Shown: positions 46,268-56,385, counted from the first letter of the stretch. The stretch is DNA of 64,000 nucleotides from an uncultured Bacteroidales bacterium (GCA_964618645.1 CAZUBW010000005.1:15870-79869), one strand, 5' to 3'. Notes: a model not told the origin generated them from the letters alone. Made by a program: numbers and translations.

Positions 46268-47088
46268 GGCAGCTTGGGATACTTGTTAAAATCGGGTTTT
46301 CTTTTCTCAAGAAAGGCCTTTTTTCCTTCCTGTGCTTCGTCGGTCATGTAATACAGCATGGTGGCATTGCCTGCCAGTTCCTGTATGCCTGCCTGTCCGT
46401 CGAGTTCGGCATTCAGGCCAGCTTTGATCATGCGCAGGGCAAGCGGACTGTGCTCCATCATCTTTTTGCACCAGGCCACAGTTTCGTTTTCCAGGTCGGC
46501 CAGGGGAACCACTTTGTTCACCAGGCCCATTTCCAGCGCCTCTGAGGCGGTATATTGGCGGCACAGAAACCAGATTTCACGGGCTTTTTTCTGGCCTACT
46601 ATACGGGCCAGGTACGACGATCCGAAACCGGCATCGAAACTGCCCACCCGGGGACCTGTCTGGCCGAATATGGCATTTTCCGAGGCGATGGTCAGGTCGC
46701 ACACCACATGCAAAACATGACCTCCACCAATGGCATATCCGTTTACCATGGCCACAACAGGTTTGGGAATGGAGCGAATCTGCTTCTGCAGGTCGAGTAT
46801 GTTGAGCCGGGGTACACCATCCTTGCCGATGTAACCGGCATAGCTTTTTGCGTGCTGATCGCCTCCGCTGCAAAATGCTTTATCGCCTGCCCCGGTGAGT
46901 ACAACAACTGAAATGTCAGGATTTTCGCGGCAATGGGCCATGGCATCGCACAATTCTTTTGTGGTGTCGGGGGTAAACGCATTCCGGTACCGGGGTCTGT
47001 TGATGGTGATCCGGGCAATGCCTTCGAAGTAATCGAACAGGATTTCCTCGTAATTCTTAATGGTTGTCCAGTTTCTCATGGTTGCCAT
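46264..47088 (-). CDS. menB: 1,4-dihydroxy-2-naphthoyl-CoA synthase
   Basis: 274 aa. Crotonase fold. [37 protein letters not shown]-terminal PDFNKYP. Confidence 0.95.
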   Translation of the reverse strand: MATMRNWTTIKNYEEILFDYFEGIARITINRPRYRNAFTPDTTKELCDAMAHCRENPDISVVVLTGAGDKAFCSGGDQHAKSYAGYIGKDGVPRLNILDLQKQIRSIPKPVVAMVNGYAIGGGHVLHVVCDLTIASENAIFGQTGPRVGSFDAGFGSSYLARIVGQKKAREIWFLCRQYTASEALEMGLVNKVVPLADLENETVAWCKKMMEHSPLALRMIKAGLNAELDGQAGIQELAGNATMLYYMTDEAQEGKKAFLEKRKPDFNKYPKLP

Positions 47089-47098
47089 GCAATAAAAG

Positions 47099-48769
47099 TT
47101 AACCCCACATGTTCATCAGCCTGCGAAAAGCAATTGCACCGGCCACAGGGTCTGTGTCAATCTCTAAAACGGCTGCCCCCTGGTTTTTGTTCAAAAATGC
47201 AGGCCACCGCAATAGCAGTGACGAAAGATCCCCTGCAAAAAAATACTGCAGTCCGTAAGCTTCTGCTAATTTATGAATATTTACGGGATGGTGGGCTTCA
47301 ACCAGTTTTTTAAATCCGGGCTTTTCCGACGGTCCTTTCAGAATATGAAATATGCCGCCGCCATGGTTATTCACTACTGCAATGCGGAGGTTCGGAGGCA
47401 GTTCACGGTTCCACAAGGCATTGGAATCGTATAGGAAGCTCAGGTCGCCCAGTATGGCAAGTGTTGGTTTGCCCGAAGCCATGGCAATTCCCGATGCAGT
47501 GGAAAGACAGCCATCGATGCCCGATACACCGCGGTTGGCAAAGTAACGTACCTTTGGGTTAGTGGCAAAAAGTTGTGAATAGCGTATTACACTGGAGTTG
47601 CCCAATACTACCAGTGTTTCGTCGGGAATGGAAGCACAAATGTTTGCGAATACTATGCTATCAGAGAAGGGCAATTGTAGGAGGGTTTCGGTGAGTTTCA
47701 CCCGGGTGGTTTCAGCAAGTTCATGCCATTGACGCGACCAGTTGTTTTGCTTTCCCGTTTGCCGCGAATCTGCCAGTGCCTGGTAAAAAGCATGCGCAGG
47801 CGCCTGGATATGCCGCACGGCTTGTTTATAAGTATCGATCAGCGTGCGGTCGGTTCCCACACGCCACAATTTCAAATTAGCTGCCTTGCGCAGGTATCCT
47901 GCAAGCGCTTTGGAAACCACCTGTCCGCCACTGTGGATGACCAGGTCGGGGTAAGGGGGATTGTTATCACGGGTATTGGCCAGTAACAGGTTGGAGGTGG
48001 AGATGATACCGGGCGCCGTAATATTGGATATGTTCTCGGCCAGGATTACCACACGCGGATCCGCCACCAGGGCAGGCAAAACACGGGAGGTTTCAGTATC
48101 AGGGCTATCGTGCCCGTGAATGATCAGGATGTTCCTGGCATTTTCCCATTCACTGGCGATTTCAGCGGGCAATTCAAGTCTGACGTGAGGTATTACCCGT
48201 TCAATTACCTGCGGACTACCCAGGGCAGGGGGTAGTTCGTCGTACAGCGGTTCTGCCAGTGGTACATTGATATGTACCGGTCCTTTTTCGGGGTTCATGC
48301 ACAGGTCGAATGCCTCGTTGGCGATACGGTGCGCAAACCAGAGGCTATCGGCGGAAATGGCCGTCAGGGGCATTTCAAAACCACGTTTTACAAAGGACTG
48401 GAATACGTTGTTTTGCCTGATAGTCTGATTGTCCTGCTGGTCGATCCATTCGGGCGGGCGGTCGGCAGTAATGGCCAGCAGGGGTACCTGCTGATGGAAG
48501 GCTTCGGCGAGGGCGGGCGCATAATTCAGCACTGCCGTGCCCGATGTGCAGAGAATGGCAACCGGCTTGCCTGTATAAATCGCTATACCCAGTGCATAAA
48601 ATGCTGCACTGCGCTCATCGGCAATGCTCAGGCAGTTTTCGCCAAAAACTTTGTAAAACGAAGCGATTAGCGGGGCGCTGCGCGATCCGGGTGAGATCAC
48701 GGCGTATTCAAGCCCTTTGTGCTTCAGTATGACTGGCAGGTCGGCTATATGTTGTTTTTGGTGTAGCAT
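47099..48769 (-). CDS. menD: SEPHCHC synthase (2-succinyl-5-enolpyruvyl-6-hydroxy-3-cyclohexene-1-carboxylate synthase)
   Basis: 556 aa. ThDP enzyme ([29 protein letters not shown]). Operon context. Confidence 0.92.
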   Translation of the reverse strand: MLHQKQHIADLPVILKHKGLEYAVISPGSRSAPLIASFYKVFGENCLSIADERSAAFYALGIAIYTGKPVAILCTSGTAVLNYAPALAEAFHQQVPLLAITADRPPEWIDQQDNQTIRQNNVFQSFVKRGFEMPLTAISADSLWFAHRIANEAFDLCMNPEKGPVHINVPLAEPLYDELPPALGSPQVIERVIPHVRLELPAEIASEWENARNILIIHGHDSPDTETSRVLPALVADPRVVILAENISNITAPGIISTSNLLLANTRDNNPPYPDLVIHSGGQVVSKALAGYLRKAANLKLWRVGTDRTLIDTYKQAVRHIQAPAHAFYQALADSRQTGKQNNWSRQWHELAETTRVKLTETLLQLPFSDSIVFANICASIPDETLVVLGNSSVIRYSQLFATNPKVRYFANRGVSGIDGCLSTASGIAMASGKPTLAILGDLSFLYDSNALWNRELPPNLRIAVVNNHGGGIFHILKGPSEKPGFKKLVEAHHPVNIHKLAEAYGLQYFFAGDLSSLLLRWPAFLNKNQGAAVLEIDTDPVAGAIAFRRLMNMWG

Positions 48770-49909
48770 TCAGCTTATGGATTGGATGACAGACAGCAAC
48801 GTTTCTGCTTTAATTTCGGTTTCTTCCCATTCCTCTTCGGGAACCGAGTCAGCCGTGATACCTCCGCCAACGAATAACACCAGCCTGTTCCCGTGTACTT
48901 TCAGGCACCGGAGGTTTACGAAAAGCTGCAACAGGTCGTCGATGCCGACGGGCCCCAGCAACCCGGTGTAATATTCACGGTTGTGTTTTTCGGACTGCAA
49001 AATAAAGTCAAGCGCACTTTTGGTCGACATGCCACAGATAGCAGGGGTAGGATGCAGGGCATGAATAAGCAGGGGTAAACGGTTTCCAACTGCACGGGCG
49101 GGAAAGGAAAAATCGGTGCGCAGGTGTACCAGGTTACCGGCTTTTGCTACATAGGGACCGCGGATGTTGTAGTCTGTCACCCGGAAATCGGCCAGTATGC
49201 CCGAAATATGCCGGGTAACGTAGTCCTGTTCTTTGATTTCTTTCCGGTTCCAGTTTTCAAGGGTCATGTTCCCGGGCCGGAATGGCATGGTGCCTGCCAG
49301 CGACACGGTGTTCAGCTCACCATTGCGGGCACACATAAAGGGCTCGGGCGTGGCACCGGTCCAACACTGACCGTTAACGTGGCAGAGATAAACAAAAGCG
49401 TTGGGATAGGCTTCGCAAAGCGATTCAAAAATGGCTGACAGCCTGGCGGTGTAATTACCCGGCAGTGATTTCACACGCGACAGTACCACCTTTTCAAAGG
49501 CTCCGGAACGGATGCGTGCAATAGAATCAAGTATCAGCTGCAGGTATTCCGGTTTGGCGGTGTCTTCGGGCTCTTTTGCAGTGTGTAAACACGGTGGTCT
49601 GAACGGCAGGTTTTCAAGGATGTCCATTTCCTTTTGACCCGTGTTTCCGCGAATAATGATATCCGGTCTGATCAGGTAGGCATGGTTTCCGGCAGCGGAG
49701 AAAGGGGCAATCAGAAATCCTCTTCCGGGCAGGGTGTCCACAATTTCGCCCAGGGGTGAAATTTCGGGATGGGTTTGCACCACCATTGTAACCGGATGGT
49801 CTCCGGGCAGACGGTAAGCTGCAAAGTGCACCTGTCTTCCGAGGCATAAGCGCAATGCATCATAGACAGTGAAGGTATGACTGTTTATCTCGTTCACGCC
49901 GTGGTTCAT
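48770..49909 (-). CDS. menF: Isochorismate synthase
   Basis: Chorismate-binding fold (TPEPF, HPTPAICG, GGGI). I prefer the start MNHGVNEINS at 49909 because its ATG overlaps the thioesterase TGA as ATGA. The ORF track extends to 49948. Confidence 0.85.
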   Translation of the reverse strand: MNHGVNEINSHTFTVYDALRLCLGRQVHFAAYRLPGDHPVTMVVQTHPEISPLGEIVDTLPGRGFLIAPFSAAGNHAYLIRPDIIIRGNTGQKEMDILENLPFRPPCLHTAKEPEDTAKPEYLQLILDSIARIRSGAFEKVVLSRVKSLPGNYTARLSAIFESLCEAYPNAFVYLCHVNGQCWTGATPEPFMCARNGELNTVSLAGTMPFRPGNMTLENWNRKEIKEQDYVTRHISGILADFRVTDYNIRGPYVAKAGNLVHLRTDFSFPARAVGNRLPLLIHALHPTPAICGMSTKSALDFILQSEKHNREYYTGLLGPVGIDDLLQLFVNLRCLKVHGNRLVLFVGGGITADSVPEEEWEETEIKAETLLSVIQSIS

Positions 49910-50331
49910 TTTTTCCGGACAATCATCATAGTAACCCGTGTAATGCAAATAAGTTTATTGTTTTCATCCCTGATTTTTACATCCCACACATGGGTGGTTT
50001 TCCCGCGGTGGATGATCTCTGCCCGTGCAAAAAGTGTTCCTTTGTTAACAGTGGACAGGTGATTGCCTGACACCTGCAACCCTAATACATCGTACTTCTC
50101 CGGATCAACCAACAAATACGAGCCTCCGCTGGCAATGGTTTCGGCCAGTGCAAGCGATGCTCCGCCATGCAGCAGACCCATGGGCTGTAATTTGTTGTCG
50201 ACCGGCATGGTGGCTTCAACAAAATCGCTGCCCGAGCGGGTAAATTCAATGCCCAGGAAGCTGATAAAAGTGCCGTTGCAAAGGGTGTTCAGTTTTTCAA
50301 TCATGGGAGTAGCGTTAGAATTAAGAGCCAA
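49906..50331 (-). CDS. PaaI/hotdog-fold thioesterase (probable 1,4-dihydroxy-2-naphthoyl-CoA hydrolase)
   Basis: 141 aa. MGLLHGGASLALAETIASGG hotdog motif. Embedded in the men operon. The N-terminal codons approach the heptamer array, so the start is uncertain. Confidence 0.75.
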   Translation of the reverse strand: MALNSNATPMIEKLNTLCNGTFISFLGIEFTRSGSDFVEATMPVDNKLQPMGLLHGGASLALAETIASGGSYLLVDPEKYDVLGLQVSGNHLSTVNKGTLFARAEIIHRGKTTHVWDVKIRDENNKLICITRVTMMIVRKK

Positions 50332-50417
50332 GAGTTGTGAGCTATGAGCTATGAGCTATGAGCTATGAGCTATGAGCTGCGAGCTATGAGTTGCGAGCTA
50401 TGAGCTTTGAGCGATGA
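50325..50417 (+). repeat. Heptamer array (GAGCTRT)n, about 13 units
   Basis: gagccaa gagttgt gagctat x4 gagctgc gagctat gagttgc gagctat gagcttt gagcgat gagctaa, read directly. Confidence 0.95.
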
Positions 50418-50473
50418 GCTAAAAGCAGGAACAAAGATAATATTTTGATCAGCATGGTGAAGGAAAGTTATCC

Positions 50474-51178
50474 TCAGGGTGTTTTGGTGGCCATCAGCAG
50501 ATTTACGGCGCCGAACAGAAAGTTGCGTTCTTTTTCGAGGTTGAGGCCATGGCCATAAAGCATGGCTTTCAGTTCGTCAAATGGATAAAAACCCGAAGAG
50601 GAGCCTGCCAGGTAACGGTAGGCTTCACGGTTTCCCGAAATGATGCTGCCCAGCGGAATCAGGACTCCTTTCAGGTAAAGGTCGTATAACCAGGCTATCA
50701 CCTTGTTTTGGGGCCGGGCGCTTTCGAGAATCAGTAACCGGCCTCCCGGTCTTAAAACCCTTGCCATTTCGTGGATGAAATCATCGCGTTGTTCATTTTC
50801 CCAGGTGAGGTTACGAAAGCCGAATCCAATGGTGATGCAGTCGATGGATTCACTGTCAAACGGCATGGATGCCACATCGCCCCTTATGAAGGAAGGAGGG
50901 TGCGCGAGCAGGGATGTTTTTTTCCGGGCTATTTCCAGCATTTCGACATTCAGGTCGTACCCGGTGATGGTTACCTTGTTGCCGGCCTGTTTACTGATGG
51001 CAATGGCCAGGTCGCCTGTACCGCAGCAAAGGTCGACGACCTGCCGGGGTGAGATTTCGAGGCATTTTTGTGCCGTGTAACGACGCCATTTTTTGTCGAG
51101 TCCCAGCGTAAACAAACGGTTTACCAGGTCGTACGACTTATAAATGCGTGAGTAATATGTCTGGAGCGGGTGGGGCAT
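50474..51178 (-). CDS. ubiE: Demethylmenaquinone methyltransferase
   Basis: 234 aa. YDLVNRLFTLGLDKKWR, SAM motif VVDLCCGTGDLA, LRPGGRLLILE. Confidence 0.9.
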   Translation of the reverse strand: MPHPLQTYYSRIYKSYDLVNRLFTLGLDKKWRRYTAQKCLEISPRQVVDLCCGTGDLAIAISKQAGNKVTITGYDLNVEMLEIARKKTSLLAHPPSFIRGDVASMPFDSESIDCITIGFGFRNLTWENEQRDDFIHEMARVLRPGGRLLILESARPQNKVIAWLYDLYLKGVLIPLGSIISGNREAYRYLAGSSSGFYPFDELKAMLYGHGLNLEKERNFLFGAVNLLMATKTP

Positions 51179-51204
51179 TTTTTGATAATAAAATTGCTGG
51201 AAAA

Positions 51205-51281
51205 GCTGCGAGCTGTGAGCTGTGAGCTGCGAGCTGTGAGCTGTGAGCTGTGAGCTGTGAGCTGCGAGCTATGAGATGTGG
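51205..51281 (+). repeat. Heptamer array (GCTGYGA)n, about 11 units, same orientation as 50325..50417
   Basis: gctgcga gctgtga gctgtga gctgcga gctgtga x4 gctgcga gctatga, read directly. Confidence 0.95.
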
Positions 51282-51342
51282 AGTCTGACTGTTACTGGTA
51301 CTACCACTTTATTAGCTGCTGGTTATTGGTCTTTGCTATTGA

Positions 51343-51387
51343 CTAACGGCTAATAGCTCACGGCTCAAAGCTAGCAGCTCAAAGCTC
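51343..51387 (-). repeat. Inverted partner array (CTCRNAG)n
   Basis: ctaacgg ctaatag ctcacgg ctcaaag ctagcag ctcaaag ctc is the reverse-complement flavour of the GAGCTGT family. Confidence 0.85.
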
Positions 51388-51470
51388 TTTGTTCTAAATA
51401 CAAAGATAATTGATTGCACAATAATACTACTCATGGCATCATTCACTATCTTTACTGAAAATTTGAAATA

Positions 51471-52994
51471 ATGTCCAGAAAAGTTCGTGTACGGTTTGCA
51501 CCGAGTCCTACGGGACCGCTGCACATTGGGGGAGTGAGGACAGCATTGTTCAATTACCTGTTTGCAGTGAAACACCATGGCGATTTTATCCTGCGCATCG
51601 AAGACACTGACCAGGCAAGGTTTGTCCCCGGTGCTGAGGATTATATCATTGAGTCGCTTAAATGGTGCGGTCTTGAGTATTCCGAGGGTCCCGATGTTGG
51701 CGGACCGCACGAGCCCTACCGGCAAAGCTACCGGAAGGACTTATACCGGCAATATGCCGGGGAACTGGTGAGCAGGGGCCATGCCTACTATGCCTTTGAT
51801 GAACCGGAAACACTGGATGCTTTACGTAAGCAGCATGAAACGGAAGGCAGGATATTTCAGTATGACAATAAAACCCGGTTAGTCCTTCGCAATTCGCTTA
51901 CGCTGCCGGAAACGGAGGTAACACGACTTCTGGAAACGGGTACTCCGCACGTGATCAGGTTTAAAATGCCGGAAAACCAGGAGGTGACCATTCAGGACCT
52001 GATCCGGGGCGAAGTCACTTTTCATACCAACCTGCTCGACGATAAGGTGCTTTTTAAGACCGACGGGTTGCCTACCTATCACCTGGCCAATGTTACCGAC
52101 GATTACCTCATGGAAATAACCCATGTGATCCGCGGCGAAGAATGGCTTCCTTCGCTTCCCCTGCATGCGCTGTTGTATAAGGCCCTGGGATGGGAAGATG
52201 TAATGCCACGGTTTGCGCATCTGCCGCTGATTCTGAAGCCAAGTGGGCAGGGTAAGCTGAGCAAGCGCGATGGCGATAAAATGGGGTTCCCGGTATTTCC
52301 GCTGCAATGGACGGATCCCTTTAGCGGAGAAGTTTCACCAGGTTACCGCGAATCGGGTTACATGCCCGGCGCCATGGTGAATATCCTGGCTTTCCTGGGC
52401 TGGAATCCGGGCACGGAGCAGGAATTGTTTTCGCTGGATGAACTGGCACAGGCTTTCGACCTCGAAAGGGTAGGAAAATCGGGGGCACGCTTTGACCCCG
52501 AAAAGGCAAAGTGGTATAACCAGCAATACCTTAAGGCCATAGATGATGATGACCTGGCGGCGTTGTTTGTCCCGGCGCTTCAGCAGAAAGGCCACGCCGT
52601 CCGGCTCAACTACCTGAAGAGGGTAACCACGCTGGTGAAAGAGCGACTGGTATTTCCGCAGGACTTCTGGGGCCAGGCATTTTATTTTTTTGAATCCCCA
52701 ACAATTTATGATCCTGCAATGGTAAAAAAGGTATGGAAAGAAGACACATCGCAAATCATTTCGGAGGTTAGCAACCTGTTGGGTGAAAGTACTGATTTTG
52801 CATCACCGGCGCTTGAAACGCTAATTAAGCAATATACCGAAAGTAAAAACCTGGGTTTTGGGCGTGTTGCCGCGCCACTTCGCCTGTTGGTAGTAGGTTC
52901 GGGCATGGGACCACACCTTTTTGACATCCTGGAAATGATTGGGAAAGAAGAGACCATCAGTCGTATACAAAAGGGAATAACTATTTTAAGATAG
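51471..52994 (+). CDS. gltX: Glutamate--tRNA ligase
   Basis: 507 aa. RVRFAPSPTGPLHIGGVRTALFNY (HIGH motif), KLSKRDG (KMSKS motif). Confidence 0.96.
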   Translation: MSRKVRVRFAPSPTGPLHIGGVRTALFNYLFAVKHHGDFILRIEDTDQARFVPGAEDYIIESLKWCGLEYSEGPDVGGPHEPYRQSYRKDLYRQYAGELVSRGHAYYAFDEPETLDALRKQHETEGRIFQYDNKTRLVLRNSLTLPETEVTRLLETGTPHVIRFKMPENQEVTIQDLIRGEVTFHTNLLDDKVLFKTDGLPTYHLANVTDDYLMEITHVIRGEEWLPSLPLHALLYKALGWEDVMPRFAHLPLILKPSGQGKLSKRDGDKMGFPVFPLQWTDPFSGEVSPGYRESGYMPGAMVNILAFLGWNPGTEQELFSLDELAQAFDLERVGKSGARFDPEKAKWYNQQYLKAIDDDDLAALFVPALQQKGHAVRLNYLKRVTTLVKERLVFPQDFWGQAFYFFESPTIYDPAMVKKVWKEDTSQIISEVSNLLGESTDFASPALETLIKQYTESKNLGFGRVAAPLRLLVVGSGMGPHLFDILEMIGKEETISRIQKGITILR

Positions 52995-53176
52995 TTTTTT
53001 CTTAAAATGAGAAAAGCTTCTTTTAATAAGAAAGATAAAACAAACACCTATGGCATTTCGGATCACCTAAAAGCTAGATTATAAATAAGATAATAATAAA
53101 AATGGCTGAAATACAAAAAAGAGTCTCTTTTTTGTGATGAACTCTCCTGAACACCTAACTTTCTATTCCCAACCCT

Positions 53177-54124
53177 ATGCAAGTTTCAATTGAGTTCATC
53201 AAACCATCACCTGCATTAACGCCCTTCATAAGGTATTATCTCTTTACGGATATTGCAACAACGGATAATTTGTCCGGTGATGTAAATTATAAACTTGTTG
53301 TTATACCTGACGGAGAAGTGGAATTGCACATCGGATATCATGACACCACTTCTTCATTCAGCTTTTACAATGAGCCGGCGCAGGAAATACGATCGGCAGT
53401 GGTTGGGGTAAACAGTCTGACCAAGGCAATGACCATAACTTCATTAAAGCGGCGGCACAAATGCATTGTGGTGAAATTCAGCAATTGCGGGTTTAATAAA
53501 ATATTTGGACTGCCGTTAAGTATTACATTTAATAAAATTGCTGAAGCGGAAAGCATCCTTGGAAGTAATATTAATACACTGTTTAGCCAGATTGACCATG
53601 CCAGTGACCATAAAGCCAGGGTTGAATTGCTGGAGGGCTTTTTTTTACGGCAGGCATCTTTCTCAAATCGAAAATCAAAGCAACGCCTGGAAAGAGTTGC
53701 TTCGGCGATAGAAATCATTAATCGCTACCAGGGGAAAATAACACTTCCGGAACTAATAAATGGCATGAGTATTTCAGAACGTCCACTTCAACGCGATTTC
53801 AATGAAGTGTCAGGTGTGTCACCCATTCAGTTTTGCAAAATGATTCGCTTTATGAATTTATTGAATTCGATGGAAATGCAAACCAACATGGCCATTTGTA
53901 GCGACCTGGTTTTTTACCATGGTTATTTTGATCAGGCGCATTTGATTCACGATTTTAAGAAAGCGACAACATTAACACCCAGGAGTTATCGGCGACGCAT
54001 TAATAGCAGTATATACAGGGCTTTTAATACCATTATCATACCCGACAGAGAATGTCCTGAACCTGTTGTTTCAAGGCAGATCATTGCAACAGCAGCGAAC
54101 AGTTACAGCAAATTCTTATCATAG
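53177..54124 (+). CDS. AraC-type HTH regulator with uncharacterised N-terminal sensor domain
   Basis: 315 aa. C-terminal LPELINGMSISERPLQRDFNEVSGVSPIQFCKMIRFMNLL ... GYFDQAHLIHDFKKATTLTPRSY. Confidence 0.75.
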   Translation: MQVSIEFIKPSPALTPFIRYYLFTDIATTDNLSGDVNYKLVVIPDGEVELHIGYHDTTSSFSFYNEPAQEIRSAVVGVNSLTKAMTITSLKRRHKCIVVKFSNCGFNKIFGLPLSITFNKIAEAESILGSNINTLFSQIDHASDHKARVELLEGFFLRQASFSNRKSKQRLERVASAIEIINRYQGKITLPELINGMSISERPLQRDFNEVSGVSPIQFCKMIRFMNLLNSMEMQTNMAICSDLVFYHGYFDQAHLIHDFKKATTLTPRSYRRRINSSIYRAFNTIIIPDRECPEPVVSRQIIATAANSYSKFLS

Positions 54125-54403
54125 TTAGTATTTCTGGTTGAGGTACATGGAAAACATGAAGTGGCTTGCATGATTGGCAGCGCCATGCGAAATCGACGGA
54201 TTTTTACAATTTTCATAGAAACAAGCTTTTTACTTTAGTGCTGACGAAGAGATGTAAACTGAATTTGTTGATAACTCACCATAAATCTTAGCGAACGGTT
54301 ACTTGCATATTGTAATTTTACAAATAAACAACTCAAAACCTGTTAATTGAATGTGCGCATTATTTAATCAATACACCACAATTACTAACTTAAATCTTTT
54401 ACC

Positions 54404-55057
54404 ATGAGAAAATCGTTGTTTTTATTTGCATTGCCCATGCTGGCAGTAGCGCTGTTTATTGGTTGCGAAGGCGACGAAGGACCGACTGGTCCGCAAGGCG
54501 AACAAGGTGAGCAGGGCATTCAGGGAGTCCAGGGAATACAGGGTGAACAAGGTGAGCAGGGCGAACAAGGCGAACAGGGCATCCAGGGCATCCAGGGCGA
54601 AACCGGAACTGCCAATGTTATATACTCGGAATGGGCCTCTCTTTCAGGAGGCTGGAGAGATACAGTACTGAGCTCCAATAATTTAAAGGTTAAACACATT
54701 ATTGCCGCTGGTGTTACCGCTGACATATTGAATGAGGGAGTTGTTTTGTGCTATCACAAGAAGTTATATACCTTATCCGGTAATTATTCCTTAACATATC
54801 AATTGCCTTTGACGGGTTATTTAAGTGGGGATGGGATTTACACTATTGACTACATGTTGAGCCCCGGAAAAATTTTCATTTCCTGTTTTACGCACGATAA
54901 TACAGCAAGTTTTACGCTTCCTGCAATTGCAGTGAATAATCTGTTCCGTTATGTCATTATACCCGGCGGAGTTGCCGCTACAGCAAAGAAATCCACACTC
55001 GATTTTACCAAATTGAGCTACGAAGAAGTATGCGAATTGTTTGACATTCCTGAATAG
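54404..55057 (+). CDS. Collagen-like triple-helix-repeat lipoprotein with globular C-terminal domain
   Basis: 217 aa. Lipobox LFIGC followed by 16 consecutive G-X-Y triplets (GDE GPT GPQ GEQ GEQ GIQ GVQ GIQ GEQ x4 GIQ GIQ GET GTA), then a ~140-aa non-repetitive domain. Confidence 0.8.
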   Translation: MRKSLFLFALPMLAVALFIGCEGDEGPTGPQGEQGEQGIQGVQGIQGEQGEQGEQGEQGIQGIQGETGTANVIYSEWASLSGGWRDTVLSSNNLKVKHIIAAGVTADILNEGVVLCYHKKLYTLSGNYSLTYQLPLTGYLSGDGIYTIDYMLSPGKIFISCFTHDNTASFTLPAIAVNNLFRYVIIPGGVAATAKKSTLDFTKLSYEEVCELFDIPE

Positions 55058-55078
55058 GCATTGTAAAACTGAATTATG

Positions 55079-55119
55079 AAATCCGCCGCGGGCAATCCGT
55101 TGGCGGATTTCTTGTTTTT
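55079..55119 (+). terminator. Rho-independent terminator
   Basis: AAATCCGCC-(14-nt loop)-GGCGGATTT followed by CTTGTTTTT. Confidence 0.7.
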
Positions 55120-55185
55120 ACCCCTGATAACAATCAGGGTTTATGTGGGATTTTATCTGTAATTTTTGTGAATAAAATCCCGGTT

Positions 55186-56385
55186 ATGATTCATACAGCA
55201 GGTAATCGAGGAGCAGGTATCCGGTCGGATTGTTTTGTGAGCCTCCAAACGGAGTCGGTTCACGAAACTGAAATTCACATCACCAGCAAGGTGAAAAGCA
55301 TGTATGGACATTCCATACTGGAATTGTGCCACGATATGCTGGAATTCTACAATGTCACCCGGGCAAAGCTCGAAATTGAAGATACGGGGGCCTTACCTTT
55401 TACCCTGGCTGCCCGGCTTGAAGCAGTTATCAGGAAGTGTATCAATACCGATAAGGACTACCTGTTACCCCTTCATCCAAATCACCCTTATGCAACACCC
55501 GGGGACCTCGACCGGTTTACCCGGTTATACCTGCCCGGCAACAATCCCAAGCTCATGATCAATGCCGGCATCTATGGGGCCGACGGCATCATACTCGACC
55601 TCGAAGATTCGGTGGCGCCGGAGCGGAAATACGAAGCCCGTTTCCTGGTCAGAAACGCCCTTCGTTGTGTTGATTTTTACGGCGCCGAACGCATGGTGCG
55701 CATCAACCAGCTTCCGGAAGGCATCAATGATCTGCCTTTTTGCGTGGAACATGGTGTTCACGTCATCCTGGTCCCCAAGTGCGAAGTGGCAGAACAGGTG
55801 TTGTCGGTTGATAAAGCCATTGCCGATATATTGGACGGGAAGAACGATTCCATTTACCTGATGCCCATTATTGAAAGTGCAGCAGGGGTGATGCATGCCC
55901 ATGAAATTGCCTGTTCGTCGAAACAGGTTGTTGCCCTGGCCATCGGACTCGAAGATTACACGGCCGATATAGGCGCCCAACGCACAACCGAAGGAAGCGA
56001 ATCGTTTTATGCCCGTGCTGTGATTGTGAATGCGGCAAGGGCTGCCGGAATCCAGCCTATCGATTCGGTATTTTCCGATGTGGATGATATGGAAAGCCTG
56101 GCCGGAACGGTAAAAAAGTCTAAAGCCCTGGGATTTGCAGGCATGGGGTGTATACATCCGCGACAGGTTAAGGTGATCCGGGAAAATTTCATGCCCGATA
56201 CAGGGGAGTGCGACAAGGCCCGGAAAATTGTGCTGGCATATGAAGATGCCGAAAAAGAAGGTTCCGGCGTTGTTTCCCTCAATGGCAAAATGATTGATCC
56301 CCCGGTGGTGAAACGTGCGCTGAAAACCATCGAAAGGGCCGCAAAGTATGGATTGATACCCGAAGACTGGAGGACTGCACCATGA
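55186..56385 (+). CDS. citE: Citrate lyase acyl-carrier (gamma, CitD) fused to citryl-ACP lyase (beta, CitE)
   Basis: The N-terminal ~95 aa resemble CitD (AG.IRSDCFVSL around the prosthetic-group Ser; DTGALPFTLAARLEAVIRK versus E. coli DKGALDCILRARLEA). The rest is HpcH/CitE-like (RLYLPGNNPKLM, IILDLEDSVAP, MPIIESA, GLEDYTAD). The ATG at 55186 is preferred over the GTG at 55168. Confidence 0.8.
   Translation: MIHTAGNRGAGIRSDCFVSLQTESVHETEIHITSKVKSMYGHSILELCHDMLEFYNVTRAKLEIEDTGALPFTLAARLEAVIRKCINTDKDYLLPLHPNHPYATPGDLDRFTRLYLPGNNPKLMINAGIYGADGIILDLEDSVAPERKYEARFLVRNALRCVDFYGAERMVRINQLPEGINDLPFCVEHGVHVILVPKCEVAEQVLSVDKAIADILDGKNDSIYLMPIIESAAGVMHAHEIACSSKQVVALAIGLEDYTADIGAQRTTEGSESFYARAVIVNAARAAGIQPIDSVFSDVDDMESLAGTVKKSKALGFAGMGCIHPRQVKVIRENFMPDTGECDKARKIVLAYEDAEKEGSGVVSLNGKMIDPPVVKRALKTIERAAKYGLIPEDWRTAP

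Noticed and set aside
54404-55057. Collagen-like gene as eukaryotic contamination
   Set aside because: It has a bacterial lipoprotein signal, a bacterial-style terminator and flanking bacterial genes on the same contig. Bacterial collagen-like proteins are well established.
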